A program made the translations under genes and the position numbers. From Azolla caroliniana (taxonomy: Eukaryota > Plantae > Polypodiophyta): a DNA stretch of 64,000 nt. Of the stretch, positions 61,903 through 64,000 are shown one piece after another. The stretch lies in contig JBHGNT010000018.1 of NCBI GenBank assembly GCA_043228905.1, positions 16,120,001 through 16,184,000 on the forward strand, in the 5' to 3' direction. Under the pieces are notes generated by a model, which ran no database searches, was not told the origin of the DNA, and saw only the letters and a program-made list of their open reading frames with translations. Position 1 is the stretch's first letter. Each line of letters starts with the position of its first letter.

Positions 61903-63433
61903 CTAGAATACCGAAACCCGATTCACGGCGCTTTTACTCTCCAGCATGGTGCCGATTTTCTCCCAAAGCACATGAGCTTTACTTTCTTCATTGAAGTTGT
62001 TGTACATGCTCATGTCGATGAAGCACTGGATGTACGCCGTTGTCTTCATGTGCATTAGCTCCCATATTGCGGCATCAATCTTATCCGGTTTCTTGTCCCC
62101 GAACTGTACCAGCAGCTAGAGATCTTTTACCACGAGCATGTCCCTCATCTTTGGCTTCCACACTGGGTAGTTGGAGCCGTTGAGCTTGAACATGCTTCCG
62201 AATGACCATTCCCTTGTAAGCTCTGATACTAGCTTGTAGGAAATAGCGCGGAATATTGCTCGGCCACAACTGAGTCTTGAATCACTTCGATGAGAATCAA
62301 ATGCAAAAATGGGAAGTGGGGAGTGAAGGCATCTACACACAAACAACGGTAGAGAACACAGGATGTTAATGTGAAAACCCCTAAATGGGAAAAACCACGG
62401 GAGCCTACAAACTCCAAACTATCACTATATGAGAAAGGTACAAGCAGAGACTCGGAGGCAACGACCTCGAGCTTTATGTCTTCGCGGACCGGCGGTTACA
62501 ACAGAAAACTCGTTGTGTGTGTGTGTGTGTGTGTGCACGTCTCTCTCTCTCTCTCTCTCTCACTCACTGTGTACACACTCTATCAACAACCCTCATCACA
62601 TAAAGTGATTGCCCTAAGTCATCTTTATACTTATATGACTTTAGGCCTATTTACAAATATAGCCTCGATGGGCTCACAATGAAACATATTTACACATATG
62701 TTCTTCGATCTGGTTTGCACCGGATCCATTCGGATTCACTCAATCTGGTTTCCAGGTCTCATCCATAACCCTTCCGGATCCGGTTCCTTCATCCAACTTG
62801 TCCGCTCCGGCTCGTCCAAATCCCATCCAGAGGCACCGAATTCCCAACAAGTTTTTTGGCTGACAACACCTTCATCCGCATGTCCGATCCATTCTCAGTC
62901 GTGTGAAACTTCATCAGAGCAAACTCCTTTTCTTCTACTCACTCTTGGAGCCAATGATATCTTCTCTGGATGTGTTTGGTCCTCGAATGGTAGGTGGCAT
63001 TTTTCGCAAGGTGGATGGCACTCTGGTTATCGCAATGGAGTTGGAATTCCTCCTGGCGAATTCCCAGCTCACCGATAAACTCCTTCATCCATATGATTTC
63101 CTTGCCGGCTTCCGATGTGGCCATATATTTGGCTTTCGTGGTCGACAGCGCCACGGCCTTCTACAGCCTCGATTGCCACGAAACGACTCCCCCCTGCATA
63201 AGTCACTATGTACTCGGACGTGGATTGGCTAGTATCCACATCAGCCAACATGTCCGGGTCAGTATAACCTTCCAGTGTGGGGTTACCCGAACTGAAACGA
63301 AGACACACGTTCAAGGTGCCTTTTAGGTACCAAAGTAGCCACTTCACGGCAGCCCAAAGCTCTCTTCCGGGGTTGCTCATATATCGGTTAACCACGTCGA
63401 TTGCGTATCCTATGTCTGGCCTAGTACATACAG

Positions 63434-64000
63434 TGAAATTATTTCTAGAATTCAAGTTATTCGACACTAGAAGCATATAAGGTATTCACATCCGGAGGTC
63501 AAGAACACGAACCAAGGTCTTGAGGATAAGTCAAACTAAAAGCAAAATACATGGAGAAAAGTAAAAAAAGAAAAAAGCGGGCCACCAAAACAAAGTCTGA
63601 AACTAACGCTTATAACTCTTTCGTTTGGAATCCAAATATAATGTGCAAATATGGGTTAGAAAGCTTGTGAAGTCAGCTATATGTAGCTTTTTAAATCACT
63701 AAATGTGGAGCTTGCATGAGGGAGATATGATTATTAGAAGATCGTTGTGTCATAGCTAAGAATAGGAGATGGAAAAGCTCTAAAATAAGTGTGGAAAAGA
63801 AAGCAAGGGAAACTTATCTAGTAGAGGAGAACTTCATATAAAGCAAGAAGAGTAAGGTGGTGGAAAGGGGGGTCTCTTTCTTGTGGTGATTTCTTTCCAA
63901 TTCATGTAGTGTTGTTAGAGTTCTTATCGATAGATATTTGTAGTTGTATCTTCTTTCTTCCTTCCTTCTATCATGATCATTCATGATCAAAAGATCTTTG
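63434..64000 (+). mobile_element. LTR-like insertion truncated by the window end
   Basis: Abruptly interrupts the CopI RT. Has an ATAACT...GAAAGCT module and a TATA near 63835. Confidence 0.5.

Larger units (their letters stand above)
56022..62849 (-). mobile_element. CopH: full-length degraded Tnt1/Tork-like copia
   Basis: LTRs 56022-56643 and 62235-62849, TSD AGTTT. Mutated Met PBS 62219-62231. INT-RT ORF 57524-59713. Confidence 0.94.
55475..63431 (-). mobile_element. CopI: Tnt1/Tork-like copia 3' end, host of CopH
   Basis: 3' LTR 55475-55954 and PPT. RNase H end at 55969-56021 resumes at 62855-63431 (HSRTKHIQRRYHW, VCTRPDI). Confidence 0.88.

Overview
This window is a gene-free nest of plant transposable elements; I found no host gene. 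A non-seed plant (fern, lycophyte or bryophyte) is my inference from the element types. About 23 insertions can be resolved from LTR termini, primer-binding sites (PBS), polypurine tracts (PPT) and target-site duplications (TSD). They comprise nine Ty1/copia copies or fragments (called CopA-CopI here), one degraded Met-primed chromovirus-type Ty3/gypsy (G4), one hAT-type MITE split by 16.6 kb of nested retroelements, and several unassigned solo LTRs. The rest is a group of eight related insertions (G1, E2, E3, G5, G6, two solo LTRs, one truncated LTR) with TGTC...GACA termini and 4-bp TSDs; the four that retain a PBS are primed by tRNA-Trp. This Trp-primed group holds most of the novelty. (1) All eight target sites carry, or can be reconstructed to, a central CpG (consensus RCGY). 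(2) Gag and protease share ORF1, followed by a conserved -1 slippery site and predicted pseudoknot leading into RT. (3) Two families carry an antisense tRNA-like A-box/B-box module in the LTR. (4) Covarying hairpins lie before the PPT and in U5. (5) The LTRs are mosaics of exchangeable modules. (6) One member (E3) has no pol and instead encodes a Gag N-terminal domain followed by long, mostly frame-preserving tandem repeats. Coordinates and comparisons were read by eye; no database search was run.
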